From positions 26,486 through 90,485 of the forward strand of contig BPJL01000001.1 in NCBI GenBank assembly GCA_026004595.1: a stretch of DNA of 64,000 nucleotides. Direction: 5' to 3'. A program made the position numbers and the translations under genes. This DNA comes from Patescibacteria group bacterium (GTDB lineage: Bacteria; Patescibacteriota; WWE3; UBA101185; UBA10185). This document shows, piece by piece, positions 19,617 to 29,519 of the stretch. Within the stretch, counting starts at the first letter, position 1, and every line of letters starts with the position of its first letter. A model generated the notes under the pieces. That model was not told where the DNA came from and made no database searches. It saw nothing but the letters and a program-made list of their open reading frames with translations.

Positions 19617-20945
19617 ATGATGAAAAAGATTAAATTTTTGTTTCCGTTGTTTTTTTTCCTTATTACTCTTATTTTCGGGAGTAAGCACACTTACGCCATC
19701 CAATGTGAAGTTGAGAAGGATATGTTTGACAAGAATTTGGCTAAGTGTTTGTTAGGAATCTCGTTAACAGAGTGCGACTTTCGAGCTTCTTTTGTGACAG
19801 GTGTTTATGGTGATATATCAGGTTATGGTCTAAGTGAGCAGACGGGTTGCGGTTGGTATGTTGCTGATACACTTGGAATACCGCCGGAGGAGAGGGAAGG
19901 TACATATTATGAATGCACAGGAACAAGCAGGGAAATATGTGAAGAAATGATTAGTGTCCAAGGTGGGACAACCGGAAGCCGTGAGAATTGGTTAACCAGA
20001 TACTCGAAGAGCCGTTCCTCAGGCACTTTGCTAGGTTTTGCCTATTTGGCAGAGAACTTTAATCGATATGAAGCTTTGCCAGTAAATCTAGCTTATTACA
20101 CTGATGATGTGGTTTCACGCGTTCCGTTTGTTAACAAAGTTTACGCACAGGAGTACAAGCACCCTCTTATTTCCTCTATTTTGGGTGTTTGGAAGGTGTT
20201 TAGAGACTTGGCATATGCACTTATGGCTATCATCCTCTTATACACAGGAATAATTATAATATTAAGGAGAAAGATAAATTCCCAATTAGTAGTAAGTATT
20301 CAATATGCCCTGCCTAGAATTGTTATCGCGATTGTGCTTATCACATTTAGCTACCCTATAGGTGCCACATTAGGTACAATGGCATGGACCTTTTTCAAGA
20401 GTGGTTGGGCAATAGTTGCGAGTATGTTCGCGGGTAGAATTAATGCCACGGCGGGCGTTCCGCTCCAGGTGCCTGAAACACCTTGGGGGCTAAGGCTTTG
20501 GTTTTTAATGCTTCCCCTTGTTGTTCTTACTGGAGCAGGTTTGTCTGGTCTTGTTCTCGTTCTGGTTTTTCTAGTTATTTTCCTTATTGCTGGGATAATT
20601 TTTAATGTAAAAGCTATAGTTATCTACCTTAAGATTATTTTTTCTATTCTCACCGCGCCTATTGAATTTGCCATTGGTGCTGTACCGGGCAATGATTCTA
20701 AAATAAAGGATTGGTTTATGCGTATGGCTAAGTATCTTTTAACACTTTTGTTTATGGGCATTATCGTTCCCTTGGGTTCTATTGTTGCCCTTCTTATCAC
20801 TAGGGACTATGCTTCAGAAACGGGCGGTGTTGGCTACTTGATCCAATTGGCTTTGCCCATCTTTGTAGTTCTATACTGTTTTGGGGTTGGTATAGGTATG
20901 GAAAAGAGAATCGAAGACTTTCTTGCCATAGGCAAGAAAAGGTAA
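19617..20945 (+). CDS. VirB6/TrbL-like polytopic membrane protein
   Basis: Signal peptide (MMKKIKFLFPLFFFLITLIFGSKHTYA), a ~190-aa exported N-terminal domain with several Cys, then 5-6 TM helices. This is the VirB6/TrbL architecture, and the gene lies in a pilin-like gene neighbourhood. Family membership is not verified. Confidence 0.4.
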   Translation: MMKKIKFLFPLFFFLITLIFGSKHTYAIQCEVEKDMFDKNLAKCLLGISLTECDFRASFVTGVYGDISGYGLSEQTGCGWYVADTLGIPPEEREGTYYECTGTSREICEEMISVQGGTTGSRENWLTRYSKSRSSGTLLGFAYLAENFNRYEALPVNLAYYTDDVVSRVPFVNKVYAQEYKHPLISSILGVWKVFRDLAYALMAIILLYTGIIIILRRKINSQLVVSIQYALPRIVIAIVLITFSYPIGATLGTMAWTFFKSGWAIVASMFAGRINATAGVPLQVPETPWGLRLWFLMLPLVVLTGAGLSGLVLVLVFLVIFLIAGIIFNVKAIVIYLKIIFSILTAPIEFAIGAVPGNDSKIKDWFMRMAKYLLTLLFMGIIVPLGSIVALLITRDYASETGGVGYLIQLALPIFVVLYCFGVGIGMEKRIEDFLAIGKKR

Positions 20946-21000
20946 TAAGAAACACCCAACATCTCTATTATTTTGGGTTTCTCAATCTGTTAATCACAAG

Positions 21001-24000
21001 TTATTTGCACCTTGCCCAAAGGTTTGCCATTTGATTCCAGTACTCGGCTAATCTACCATCGTCATAGGCGCCTATACGTTCAGATCCAAAGGCTTCTGTC
21101 GCTATGCCGTTAAACGCATCTTCCCAACTCCAACTTCCACAATCTTCTCGAGGTCCCATATCGGACAATGTTTTTGCCATTGCGAAAGTGGCGTCGAAGA
21201 AATTACATCTTGAAAGGGTCTCTCCCCTGCCGTTTGATATGTTATTTATTATTGATATGAAATCGCCTGATGATATTACGTTGTTGAATGAGGATAAAAG
21301 CCAATCGTAAGGTCCCTGGGCAGCCCAGCTCAAATCATCGCATGTACCAATTCTTCCATACCATGGAGTACTCGCTTCAAGCAGCGCCTGTTCGCCGCCT
21401 ACAGAGAAGAGGTAGCGATATTCAGGTTTGGAAGGAGCCCATACAACTTTAAGATATGTAATTAAGGAGGCTGCGGGTACCTCAAACGTTGCGGCAGCAG
21501 CATTCAGAATGAGTCTAAATGTCGGTGATAGGTTATAGATGCCGAAGGCCTGTTCACAATCTAGCGTTGTCGAGAGTTTACAAGATTCATAAGTGCTGTC
21601 TCTTGTGAAGGTAGTGAGATCAATAATTTCGGGATTAGGTACTGGGAGAAGAGTACAGCTTGCGCAATGATAGCTCACGGGGTTGCCTCCAGAGGATATG
21701 TTGGCATATAAAGGGTGCGCCGAAACCATTTTATATGCAGGAGAAATTCCACCAATAGCTTTAACATCTTTATTTTTATTTAAAGCTTCGTTGTTAGGTG
21801 TGACTCCGCTTTCTATTCTATATACTGATGTATTTGTAGATTCAAACGCAAGATTGCCCCAAGAAATGGTTTTGAGACCGGGGTGAGCCCACTTTTTTAC
21901 ACCCTCGTTGTTTACTATTCTAGTCTCATCTATTGATATATCCTCTATTTCCCGTCTAATGGTATTCTCTGTTATTCTTAAGTTTGCATCTTTTTCTAAA
22001 TCTGCGGCACAGGCGGAGGAATAAGGTCCTGCATCAGAAAGGTCGCAACCGAATTCAGGACCGCTGGTTTCGGTTAGGTATACATGGCAGGACTCATAAG
22101 GTTCTGCCACTTGACCATTAGGGCAGTTTGCATATTCTCCAATGCCGCGTGGCCAATATAAGGAACTTCCGGGGTTTTCTGGGCAGCTGGGTGTACCGGG
22201 TTCAACGAGGCCCATGCAGCCCCTGTCCCAACCACCATCTTTACAATCTTTTTTTTCGACGGCACAAGACGAGATTTGTCTATTAGTGCAGGCAGTCACT
22301 CTCTCTTGCGTCGGCCCACAATCGGACCTTACCTCCCAAGATGAAGTATTGTTATTGTAAACAACATAGCACTCACACTCCTTTATCAGGGTAATTTGGG
22401 CACACTCGTTTACTCTACAAGTGTCTCTAATGTCGGATGGGGTATTGCTTACCCCAAAAGTATCACTTTCATAACAATGTTTCCCTGCTGGTACGTTGTT
22501 CCATGGGTAACATGCGTGACCCGGCCCCCAAAGATTTGCTATGTTGCCGGTAAACAGAGCATCAGAAGGCCCAAAACTTGTTGGGTGCCAGAAAAAACTG
22601 CTCCAATTTTGTTCACTTAATGGAAAACTAACCTTTATGTCATCTCTAAACTCTATACCTTGGTCCAGAGGGTAGTCAGAAACTCTGTCGAGGAAAGACT
22701 TTGATTTTGTTCCCGCCCCATCATTGAAAAACCAATTTACCGTTACAGTAAGTATATCGAGTATATTGTACCTACCTTTACCTTGCGACATGGTTAGATA
22801 CGAGTCGTACAAGTCTAAATATTTAGCATAGCTCGGGCTGCCTTGTGCTAGTCCCTGATCTCTTGTGGCTGCTGCTGAGGTTACGAATATTGCCGAGGTT
22901 GCAGTTTTTTTATTTCTTGCCTCCAGATCAATAATCGGACCGAAATAATGGTCTGTAGGGCCGCGAAAGTCGCTGTTTACGAGCACTCCGGTTTCTGTAG
23001 CACTGGTTACCTCATAATCTTGCGAGTTTACATTAGAATTTTCGCAATGGGATAAGATGTTGGATCCAGCGTCCTCAATTTTCACTACACCCTGCTGATA
23101 AATTGCTTTGTCTTCTAAAGTTTCGTACGGTCTTTCCAGAACATAGTTTAATTTGTGTTGGGTAGTGGCTCTGGCGTTAGATATTATTCCTGCCATTGCC
23201 GAATAAAGGCCGTTATTTCTAGCCTGAGAATAGTTATTATCTGAAATTAGAGTTCCCCCTTCTATGGGTATACCCGCCTTTTCTCTACCTCGTGAAAAAG
23301 CTACCTGATTTACTGTGTTGGGAGACGGGTTCCAATACGAATCGTTATATGGCTCCACTTCCTTTGGAATTCTTAGAGTTGCACCTTTTGGTCCTTGGAA
23401 GTAGGCGAACTCTGGGTTCCAATATGTTTTGTCAAGTCTGTAAGGGCAATCATCGTTTCCTGGTGTGCAGTAAATCCATGGCGGCTGGATGTCCCCAATC
23501 TTTATTTTCTCCGATCCGAGCATACAAACCTCAATATTCTTGATTCTGTCATCTATATATGCCTGCGCCTCTGTTAGCAGTATTCCTGGATTAGCCAAGT
23601 TTCTGGCGGATCCCGCAATGTATTGTCGGTTTCTATAAATGTTGCTTGTTTCTGATACAGCAGAATTACAGGCTTTTAAGTCTGAACATGGGGGTAGCGT
23701 CTCAAAATTGTTTTGGCCTGTTTTTCTAAGATAAACATTTCCTTTGCAGTTGCTAAAGATAGTTTGAAGTAGTGAAGCGGTAGCAGTAGGGTTTTGAGCG
23801 TAATTAGTAATATCTTGTCGTGCGGTAAGATCTTTAAAAAATAGTAGAGTATTCTTTATTGGTATGTTCGGAAGAAAGTTCATTCGAGCGAAATATGGAT
23901 CATAATAAAGTTTGGCCTCGTATGAATCTAAAGTGTCGCTATTTGTTGCTCCAGCACCTGTTCCGTCTGGTCGATAGCAATAAATATTGGTTGGGTAGTC

Positions 24001-24819
24001 GTAAACCATTTGACAGTCCTTATAATAAAATGCGCCTTTAGTTGGGGTAGGGTTGTCCGATCCCAAAATGTTCACGTTATCTAAAATTCCCAATGGTGAC
24101 TCTCCCATCTTTGAATATCTATTGTCGGCGCTTTGAATTTCCAGCCAAAAATTGAATTCGGTGAGTGATGAGTAATTTGAACTAAACTTAGCTTCATATT
24201 GATGCTCGAGCGGACCCGGCGGGTCGCCAATCTTAGAAAAAGGATCCCTCATATCGCAAGATAGTCTGTTGCCCGGATCCACAGGATTGAGGGCTTCAGG
24301 ACAGGTTGAGGGCGCTGACACATCTGGGCAATTGACTATAACGTTATAGTTGAAACTTGTATACGAAGGTATCTTTGCTAAGTTTGCAAGCTTTCCTCCA
24401 CACATAAATGCAATATACCTAACCATCTTATTTCCAACTTTTCTTAAAGGTATTGAATAATAACCATATTGATCAGAATAGGTAGATGAGTAAAGGTTTA
24501 CTAAAGCACCGTTCCTTTTACACGTTGGCGAATTTGGATCGCATTCATATATACACACGGTAACACCTTGGGCTGGTGGATTAGGGTGTGTCAGAGACCC
24601 ATAATTGGTTTCAGTGGTCTTGGGCGTTGCTTGGCGAGTAATCCCACAAATGACAGCTACTCTCGGATCATTAGGGTTTCGACAGGTTGTACCTGGTTCA
24701 AAAATATTTGTTTGGGCGTACACTTTAATACCACCCAACACACCTGCTATCAAGAAAATAGTGAAAACAGCTAGGGATGCAGGATTTTTTCTTATACCCT
24801 TGTAAGTCATAATTTCCAA
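21001..24819 (-). CDS. Giant (1272 aa) Cys-rich secreted/surface protein
   Basis: N-terminal signal/anchor (LAVFTIFLIAGVLGGIKVYAQT). More than 50 Cys and abundant N/Y/G/P/S typical of extracellular beta-rich adhesin-like proteins. No catalytic motif was recognised. Confidence 0.6.
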   Translation of the reverse strand: MEIMTYKGIRKNPASLAVFTIFLIAGVLGGIKVYAQTNIFEPGTTCRNPNDPRVAVICGITRQATPKTTETNYGSLTHPNPPAQGVTVCIYECDPNSPTCKRNGALVNLYSSTYSDQYGYYSIPLRKVGNKMVRYIAFMCGGKLANLAKIPSYTSFNYNVIVNCPDVSAPSTCPEALNPVDPGNRLSCDMRDPFSKIGDPPGPLEHQYEAKFSSNYSSLTEFNFWLEIQSADNRYSKMGESPLGILDNVNILGSDNPTPTKGAFYYKDCQMVYDYPTNIYCYRPDGTGAGATNSDTLDSYEAKLYYDPYFARMNFLPNIPIKNTLLFFKDLTARQDITNYAQNPTATASLLQTIFSNCKGNVYLRKTGQNNFETLPPCSDLKACNSAVSETSNIYRNRQYIAGSARNLANPGILLTEAQAYIDDRIKNIEVCMLGSEKIKIGDIQPPWIYCTPGNDDCPYRLDKTYWNPEFAYFQGPKGATLRIPKEVEPYNDSYWNPSPNTVNQVAFSRGREKAGIPIEGGTLISDNNYSQARNNGLYSAMAGIISNARATTQHKLNYVLERPYETLEDKAIYQQGVVKIEDAGSNILSHCENSNVNSQDYEVTSATETGVLVNSDFRGPTDHYFGPIIDLEARNKKTATSAIFVTSAAATRDQGLAQGSPSYAKYLDLYDSYLTMSQGKGRYNILDILTVTVNWFFNDGAGTKSKSFLDRVSDYPLDQGIEFRDDIKVSFPLSEQNWSSFFWHPTSFGPSDALFTGNIANLWGPGHACYPWNNVPAGKHCYESDTFGVSNTPSDIRDTCRVNECAQITLIKECECYVVYNNNTSSWEVRSDCGPTQERVTACTNRQISSCAVEKKDCKDGGWDRGCMGLVEPGTPSCPENPGSSLYWPRGIGEYANCPNGQVAEPYESCHVYLTETSGPEFGCDLSDAGPYSSACAADLEKDANLRITENTIRREIEDISIDETRIVNNEGVKKWAHPGLKTISWGNLAFESTNTSVYRIESGVTPNNEALNKNKDVKAIGGISPAYKMVSAHPLYANISSGGNPVSYHCASCTLLPVPNPEIIDLTTFTRDSTYESCKLSTTLDCEQAFGIYNLSPTFRLILNAAAATFEVPAASLITYLKVVWAPSKPEYRYLFSVGGEQALLEASTPWYGRIGTCDDLSWAAQGPYDWLLSSFNNVISSGDFISIINNISNGRGETLSRCNFFDATFAMAKTLSDMGPREDCGSWSWEDAFNGIATEAFGSERIGAYDDGRLAEYWNQMANLWARCK

Positions 24820-24854
24820 TAAAATTATAACATCAACCTGGTAGAATAAAGCCT

Positions 24855-25319
24855 ATGAGTATGTATATTTTAGCCAAAAACCGAAAAGCTCTCCATAATT
24901 TTACGGTTTTGGAAACCTTTGTTGCGGGTGTTGTTCTTCGAGGATATGAAGTAAAAGCTATCAGGGAGGGAAAAGTCAGTTTTGAGGGGGCGTACATAGA
25001 TGTGATAGACGGGCGCCCTTATTTAGTGAACCTGTATATTGGGAGATATTCTAAGCAGTCTAGAAGCTTTAGCGAGGAGGATTCTAAGCGGAATAGGATG
25101 TTGTTGCTGAATCAAGGCGAGGTTTCTAAAGTTGCCAGAGCAATATCCGAAAAGGGCAAGGCGGCCGTGCCGTTATCACTAGGGCTCAAGAATGGAATGA
25201 TAAAGCTTGAGTTTGCGGTGGTGCGAGGAAAGAAAGAATTTGAGAAGAAAATTGTGGTGAAAGAAAGGCAGATCCAGAGGGATCTTGAAAGGGAATCGAA
25301 AGAAGCTGGGGCGAGATAA
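24855..25319 (+). CDS. smpB: SsrA-binding protein SmpB
   Basis: Family pattern (KNRKALHNFTVLETFVAGVVLRGYEVKAIREGKVSFEGAYID...) with a basic C-terminal tail. The gene lies immediately upstream of the tmRNA. Confidence 0.85.
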   Translation: MSMYILAKNRKALHNFTVLETFVAGVVLRGYEVKAIREGKVSFEGAYIDVIDGRPYLVNLYIGRYSKQSRSFSEEDSKRNRMLLLNQGEVSKVARAISEKGKAAVPLSLGLKNGMIKLEFAVVRGKKEFEKKIVVKERQIQRDLERESKEAGAR

Positions 25320-25389
25320 GCTTGTATCGGCGCCTTCGCAGGTTGTTTTTTTCACGTTTTCATAGTAAAATACAACCGCACTTTAAAAA

Positions 25390-25778
25390 GGGGATGCCCA
25401 GGATTTGATTGAGTTCATTTTCGTGCAGTTGCAAGCAGGGGAGCTGAACCCTCAAATTTAGCGAAAAAATAAATGCTGATAGAGATGCATTTGTAGGTGT
25501 GCCAGCAATGGCCGCCGTTGCAGCCTGATTAATCGACGCTGCGGGTCCCAAAGTTTTTGCCCGGAAGAGCTTTTGGGGTCTAATAAATCCGGGAAGAGGT
25601 TTTTCCTGCTTTAGCCGCGCAGGAGCACCGGGGGTGAAAAGCCCGAAGATACTGGCTTACAGTAAAGTTAAAGAGGTTTTTCGAGCACCTGGCTTTGCTT
25701 AAGAAGAGCTCGGATAAGCTTGTAGATGCTGTATGAAAGGTTCTCAAGACGGGGGTTCGATTCCCCCCATCTCCACCA
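25390..25778 (+). ncRNA. ssrA: tmRNA (SsrA)
   Basis: 5' GGGGATG pairs with 3' CATCTCC-A-CCA as the acceptor stem. The 3' tRNA-like end GACGGGGGTTCGATTCCCCCCATCTCCACCA matches the tmRNA T-arm consensus. The internal reading frame ends ...GVPAMAAVAA-TGA at 25528, a typical hydrophobic degradation tag. The gene follows smpB. Confidence 0.8.
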
Positions 25779-25785
25779 GAAAAAT

Positions 25786-26979
25786 TTAGCCATTCCTATC
25801 TTCTGAAATTAAGGTTCGTGTAAGCCACCATGTGGATACAATGATCGCCAATGTTATCACCCATTCAAGGTTTGCCACCGAATAGTATGGTAGTTCAGCG
25901 GTCAGTAAAAGCAACCAAATTGCTGCTAACCACCTTTTCTCATCAAAGAACAGAGGCAAAAGTAGAGTAAGGGATATTAAATGGGGCAAAAGATCTGAGT
26001 ACATCGTGTGGAGATTTAAAACTGGCAAGATAAGGCAAATAAGTGCAAATCTTTTTTCAAGACTCATTTTATTTCTCATGTTCCAAATCATAAGAAAAGT
26101 TAAAACATTAGTTATTAATGTAAATGCTAGGGCAATAAAATTGTTGTACGGTTTATTTAGCCAGGAAGAGATAGTGTAGATAACCCCTGAAATATTTGTG
26201 TTGTTGGCAATAGATGTTCCTGAATGTTCCTCCTCGGTGGACGAAATAAACTTTATATAGTCAGGTAGAAATCCCTTTCCATACAGTAGCATATTCAAGC
26301 CAATTAAAAGCGAAAGTGCTGCGGCAAAACCCATGAGATATTTTTTGAGCTGCTTTTTGTCGTTTAAAAGGGGGAGGATCAGAAACGTTGCCAGCAAGAA
26401 ATTTGGCTTGATAAAAAGAAGCGCTATCCACACACCCGCCATAAATGGCCGGTTGTTTTTAATATTGATAAAAGCAAGTGTGAGAAAGATCAATATGGGT
26501 CCTAAAGGCTGTCCGCCTATTAATGTCATAAGAAGAGGAACCAAAAATGCCGCAATAGTGCCAATCACAAAGGTTTTGTTAAATGATCTTTCTGTTAACA
26601 GCCAAATGGATACCATCACACACAAAAGATTTACGCCTACAGCTAGCCAAAAAGCCAGAACATAATTTTCAACAGGTAAAAGTGACAAGATATAGGCTGT
26701 GGTTGGGGGAGTTCGAAAAGTAAGTGCGTTAGGTATATTCTTGTTGCCCATCAGCCTTTGTTGGTATTCAAATTGGACCTGATAGTTATAAAGGTTCTTT
26801 ATATCTCCTTCGCGAACTATGGATGCTCCGGTCATTTGCGCAAGGAAATCGGTAGTGTGGGCAGGACTCATTTTGGAAAAGTCTGACAATCCTCGAATTG
26901 TGTAAAACACAGCGGTCCACGATACAATAAAGGCCAAAAATGCATTTAACGAAGAAACCCGTTTTAGTGTAGGCCCCAT
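25786..26979 (-). CDS. Polytopic membrane protein (possible GT-C-fold glycosyltransferase, DUF2029/GT87-like)
   Basis: About 400 aa with 10 or more TM helices. The start is taken at the internal Met to give a conventional N-terminus. The family call is speculative. Confidence 0.35.
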   Translation of the reverse strand: MGPTLKRVSSLNAFLAFIVSWTAVFYTIRGLSDFSKMSPAHTTDFLAQMTGASIVREGDIKNLYNYQVQFEYQQRLMGNKNIPNALTFRTPPTTAYILSLLPVENYVLAFWLAVGVNLLCVMVSIWLLTERSFNKTFVIGTIAAFLVPLLMTLIGGQPLGPILIFLTLAFINIKNNRPFMAGVWIALLFIKPNFLLATFLILPLLNDKKQLKKYLMGFAAALSLLIGLNMLLYGKGFLPDYIKFISSTEEEHSGTSIANNTNISGVIYTISSWLNKPYNNFIALAFTLITNVLTFLMIWNMRNKMSLEKRFALICLILPVLNLHTMYSDLLPHLISLTLLLPLFFDEKRWLAAIWLLLLTAELPYYSVANLEWVITLAIIVSTWWLTRTLISEDRNG

Positions 26980-27137
26980 TAACCGATTATAGAGTATTCT
27001 AAGTACGTTAGATATTTTTAGCTTTTCGCAAGCACATTTTGTAGTAAGATTACTACAGGATTGCGCCATATTTTAACTATAGGTCGCGATATATCTTTTG
27101 GTTGCTATGACGGTATAGGAGACATTGTGGATAACAT

Positions 27138-27866
27138 ATGGAAAAGCTCTTAAACTATCTATTTCCACCAAGGTGCTTGTTTTGCAGTTCCTTAGGCAGC
27201 ATTTTCTGCGATAACTGCATGAGCGAGTGTTCGCTTTTGCCCATACAACACTGCATTATTTGTGATCGGATATCCGAAAACGGTGCTACACACGAAACTT
27301 GTATAAAAAACTATTCCAATAAGGTCCCCTCCCGTTTGTTAGCGGTATATAGCTATGAAGGCAAAGTTCGGGACTGTATAAAATTTTCAAAATATGGAGC
27401 TAGACAATTTTTGAGTTTGAGAAGGCTCTGCGCTGAGGCTGTAAGTATTTGTCAAGAGATGTGGGGAAAATTAGAGGGCGATGTGTGTATGCCTGTCCCC
27501 TCAAGCCCCAGAAAGCTTGCTTTTAGAGGATTTAACCAGGCCAACATGATTGCTGAAGAAGTATCAAAAAAATTTCGCATTAATCTTCAAAAAAATATCC
27601 TCTCGAGAACCAGAAATACCGAGGAGCAGTACGCCCGAAGCAGGGTGTTAAGAAGGGAAAATGTAGGCGGGTCTTTTGGTGTTGTCAATGTTAGTGCGGT
27701 AAGAGGAAAGAAAGTTCTTGTTGTTGATGATATATGTACCACCGGAGCTACTTTTCTAGAGTCTGCTAGGGTACTATACGGGGCTGGTGCAGCCGATGTT
27801 CAGTGTTTTGCCTTAAGTAAACGCGAAAAATTTTGTTATAATAATCGCGCGTGGCCGTTATTTTGA
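27138..27866 (+). CDS. comFC: ComF family protein (ComFC-type phosphoribosyltransferase domain with N-terminal zinc finger)
   Basis: N-terminal CxxC...CxxC (PPRCLFCSS...CDNC), and a C-terminal PRT motif VLVVDDICTTGATF. Confidence 0.7.
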   Translation: MEKLLNYLFPPRCLFCSSLGSIFCDNCMSECSLLPIQHCIICDRISENGATHETCIKNYSNKVPSRLLAVYSYEGKVRDCIKFSKYGARQFLSLRRLCAEAVSICQEMWGKLEGDVCMPVPSSPRKLAFRGFNQANMIAEEVSKKFRINLQKNILSRTRNTEEQYARSRVLRRENVGGSFGVVNVSAVRGKKVLVVDDICTTGATFLESARVLYGAGAADVQCFALSKREKFCYNNRAWPLF

Positions 27867-27876
27867 GTTTTTCATG

Positions 27877-27962
27877 GAGGGTTGGCAGAGTGGTAATGCA
27901 GCGGCTTGCTAAGCCGTGCCGGCTAAAACCGGCCACAGGTTCGAATCCTGTACCCTCCGCCA
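27877..27962 (+). tRNA. tRNA-Ser (anticodon GCT)
   Basis: Acceptor GGAGGGT/ACCCTCC. Anticodon loop TTGCTAA. Long variable arm GCCGGCTAAAACCGGCC. T-arm ACAGGTTCGAATCCTGT. Discriminator G followed by CCA. Confidence 0.85.
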
Positions 27963-28224
27963 TTTTACGCCCCATTGACCCCTCCCCACCGCCAATAAAA
28001 CACATTGTCGAGGTCTAACTGATAACAACCTCTAAGCTCCTTCCCGAAACTTCTTTTTCCACAACTTTATGTAACCATATCAGCTTCTATTGTTGTTTCC
28101 GCTATCTTCAAGTGCTATATTAAAAATATGGAAAAGCTAAGGGGCAATAAAAAATTCCGCTTAGTCGTTATCATTCTCCTAATAGTTATTTGCGTGTATT
28201 TACTTTATTCGGTGTGGTAAAAAT

Positions 28225-28602
28225 ATGGCACTACCCAAATTAAAGGCACTAGAAAATGCCGCTCCGGGAAAGAAAAAAACCTTAAAGTCAATTTTGCTGG
28301 TCGTCCTTGCCATTTTATTAGCTGCGCTTGGGCTTGAGGCCACCAATAATGACTGGGATTTAGGCAAGCTCCTTTCCGGGTCTTCCATGTCTGAAGCCAG
28401 GGTTATGAGAGATAAGGAAGGAAATGTGGTCACGTCCGGTGGAAAGTACACCGATGAATACAACTGCGATGATTTTTCTACGCAGGAAGAAGCGCAAAAG
28501 TTCTTCAAGAATGCCGGGGGTCCGAGCCAGGATACAAACCGTTTAGATGGGGATAACGATGGGGTAGCGTGTGAGAGTCTTCCGAAAGGTCCTAAAGACT
28601 GA
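28225..28602 (+). CDS. Membrane-anchored Excalibur (extracellular calcium-binding) domain protein
   Basis: N-terminal TM anchor. The C-terminus has [13 protein letters not shown], the DxDxDGxxCE Excalibur Ca-binding signature. Confidence 0.55.
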   Translation: MALPKLKALENAAPGKKKTLKSILLVVLAILLAALGLEATNNDWDLGKLLSGSSMSEARVMRDKEGNVVTSGGKYTDEYNCDDFSTQEEAQKFFKNAGGPSQDTNRLDGDNDGVACESLPKGPKD

Positions 28603-28794
28603 TTAGGGCTGTTTTTTTTGGGGAGCGGGGCAATCCTTTTATAAAGTTGATAGTACCTCTTTATAAGTCCGGGTGATTGTTGTCTGATAAGAGTCTGTTT
28701 TCAAATTTCCGCTTTCGTTCTCAAGGTTTGCTTTGAAGTATGTTTTTTGAATTAGTTTGTTGCTTATCTTCGGTAAAAAAACTATTATTTAGGT

Positions 28795-29376
28795 ATGCAG
28801 TCAACATTCTCAAGAATACTTAATTTTTTGGGTTTTTCTAACTGGAAGCCTCAAGAAGACAACAAGCCCAAAGAATTTGACCCCCAAACTTTAGGTCCCA
28901 AAGAAGTCTATATAGAGTGGGATTCTATAGTTAGGGCGGAAGTAAAGGACTACAATAAAAGGTTTTCCAGAACCTTTATCATAATTGCTGTGGTAATAGC
29001 TTTATTGTTGTTAGCAATGAAAGAGTTTTGGCTGATTCTGGTTGTAGGCAGTTTAATATTTTTCTTGATTTCTCTGAATAGGTTGCCTGAACACGCTGTC
29101 CATATTGAGGTATCAAGCCACGGTATTAAGTACGGTGACAACATGTATTATTGGCAAGACCTTAAGCATTTCTTTTTTAAGCAAGTTGGGACCGGGGAGA
29201 TTCTGATTGTTGATACTTACAGATACTTGCCGGGACGGCTTTTTTTCAGTTTTGCCCAATCAGATAAAGATAGAATAAAGGAGGCGCTAGATAAGCATAT
29301 CACCTTTTTGTCGACGGAACCCGTGACCTTTTTAGACAAGCTTTTCGACAGCGTCAAAAACAAGTTTAATATATAA
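28795..29376 (+). CDS. Hypothetical membrane protein (two TM helices plus cytoplasmic domain, possibly bPH-like)
   Basis: Residues ~60-105 form two hydrophobic helices. The C-terminal domain resembles YdbS-like PH domains only loosely. Confidence 0.3.
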   Translation: MQSTFSRILNFLGFSNWKPQEDNKPKEFDPQTLGPKEVYIEWDSIVRAEVKDYNKRFSRTFIIIAVVIALLLLAMKEFWLILVVGSLIFFLISLNRLPEHAVHIEVSSHGIKYGDNMYYWQDLKHFFFKQVGTGEILIVDTYRYLPGRLFFSFAQSDKDRIKEALDKHITFLSTEPVTFLDKLFDSVKNKFNI

Positions 29377-29416
29377 TCTCCCTGACATTGTAGTTAGAAT
29401 AGAAGTGCGTGCGTAA

Positions 29417-29492
29417 GCACCCGTAGTTCAGAGGATAGAACGCAGCGTTGCGGACGCTGAAGTCGGGGGTTCGAGTCCCTCCGGGTGCACCA
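29417..29492 (+). tRNA. tRNA-Arg (anticodon GCG by loop position)
   Basis: Acceptor GCACCCG/CGGGTGC. D-arm GTTCAGAGGATAGAAC. Anticodon stem CAGCG/CGCTG with loop TTGCGGA. T-arm GGGGGTTCGAGTCCCTC. Discriminator A followed by CCA. Confidence 0.8.
29472..29492 (+). repeat. Direct repeat copy 1 (attL-like): 21-nt 3' end of tRNA-Arg, CGAGTCCCTCCGGGTGCACCA
   Basis: An identical 21-mer recurs at 31754-31774, about 2.3 kb downstream. Confidence 0.7.
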
Positions 29493-29519
29493 AAACTAAC
29501 TTGTTCGAAATTGACTGCT

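Noticed and set aside
11214-24819. Canonical complete type IV secretion system
   Set aside because: No VirB4/VirD4/VirB11-type ATPase (no Walker A plus large ORF) is present in the window, so only T4SS-like parts can be claimed. The ATPases may be outside the window or absent.
25360-25551. 63-aa minus-strand ORF
   Set aside because: It lies entirely inside the tmRNA gene (25390-25778). tmRNA structural evidence is much stronger than a short anonymous ORF.
27766-28005. 79-aa minus-strand ORF
   Set aside because: It overlaps tRNA-Ser(GCT) at 27877-27962 and the 3' end of comFC, and is antisense to a tRNA, so it is almost certainly spurious.
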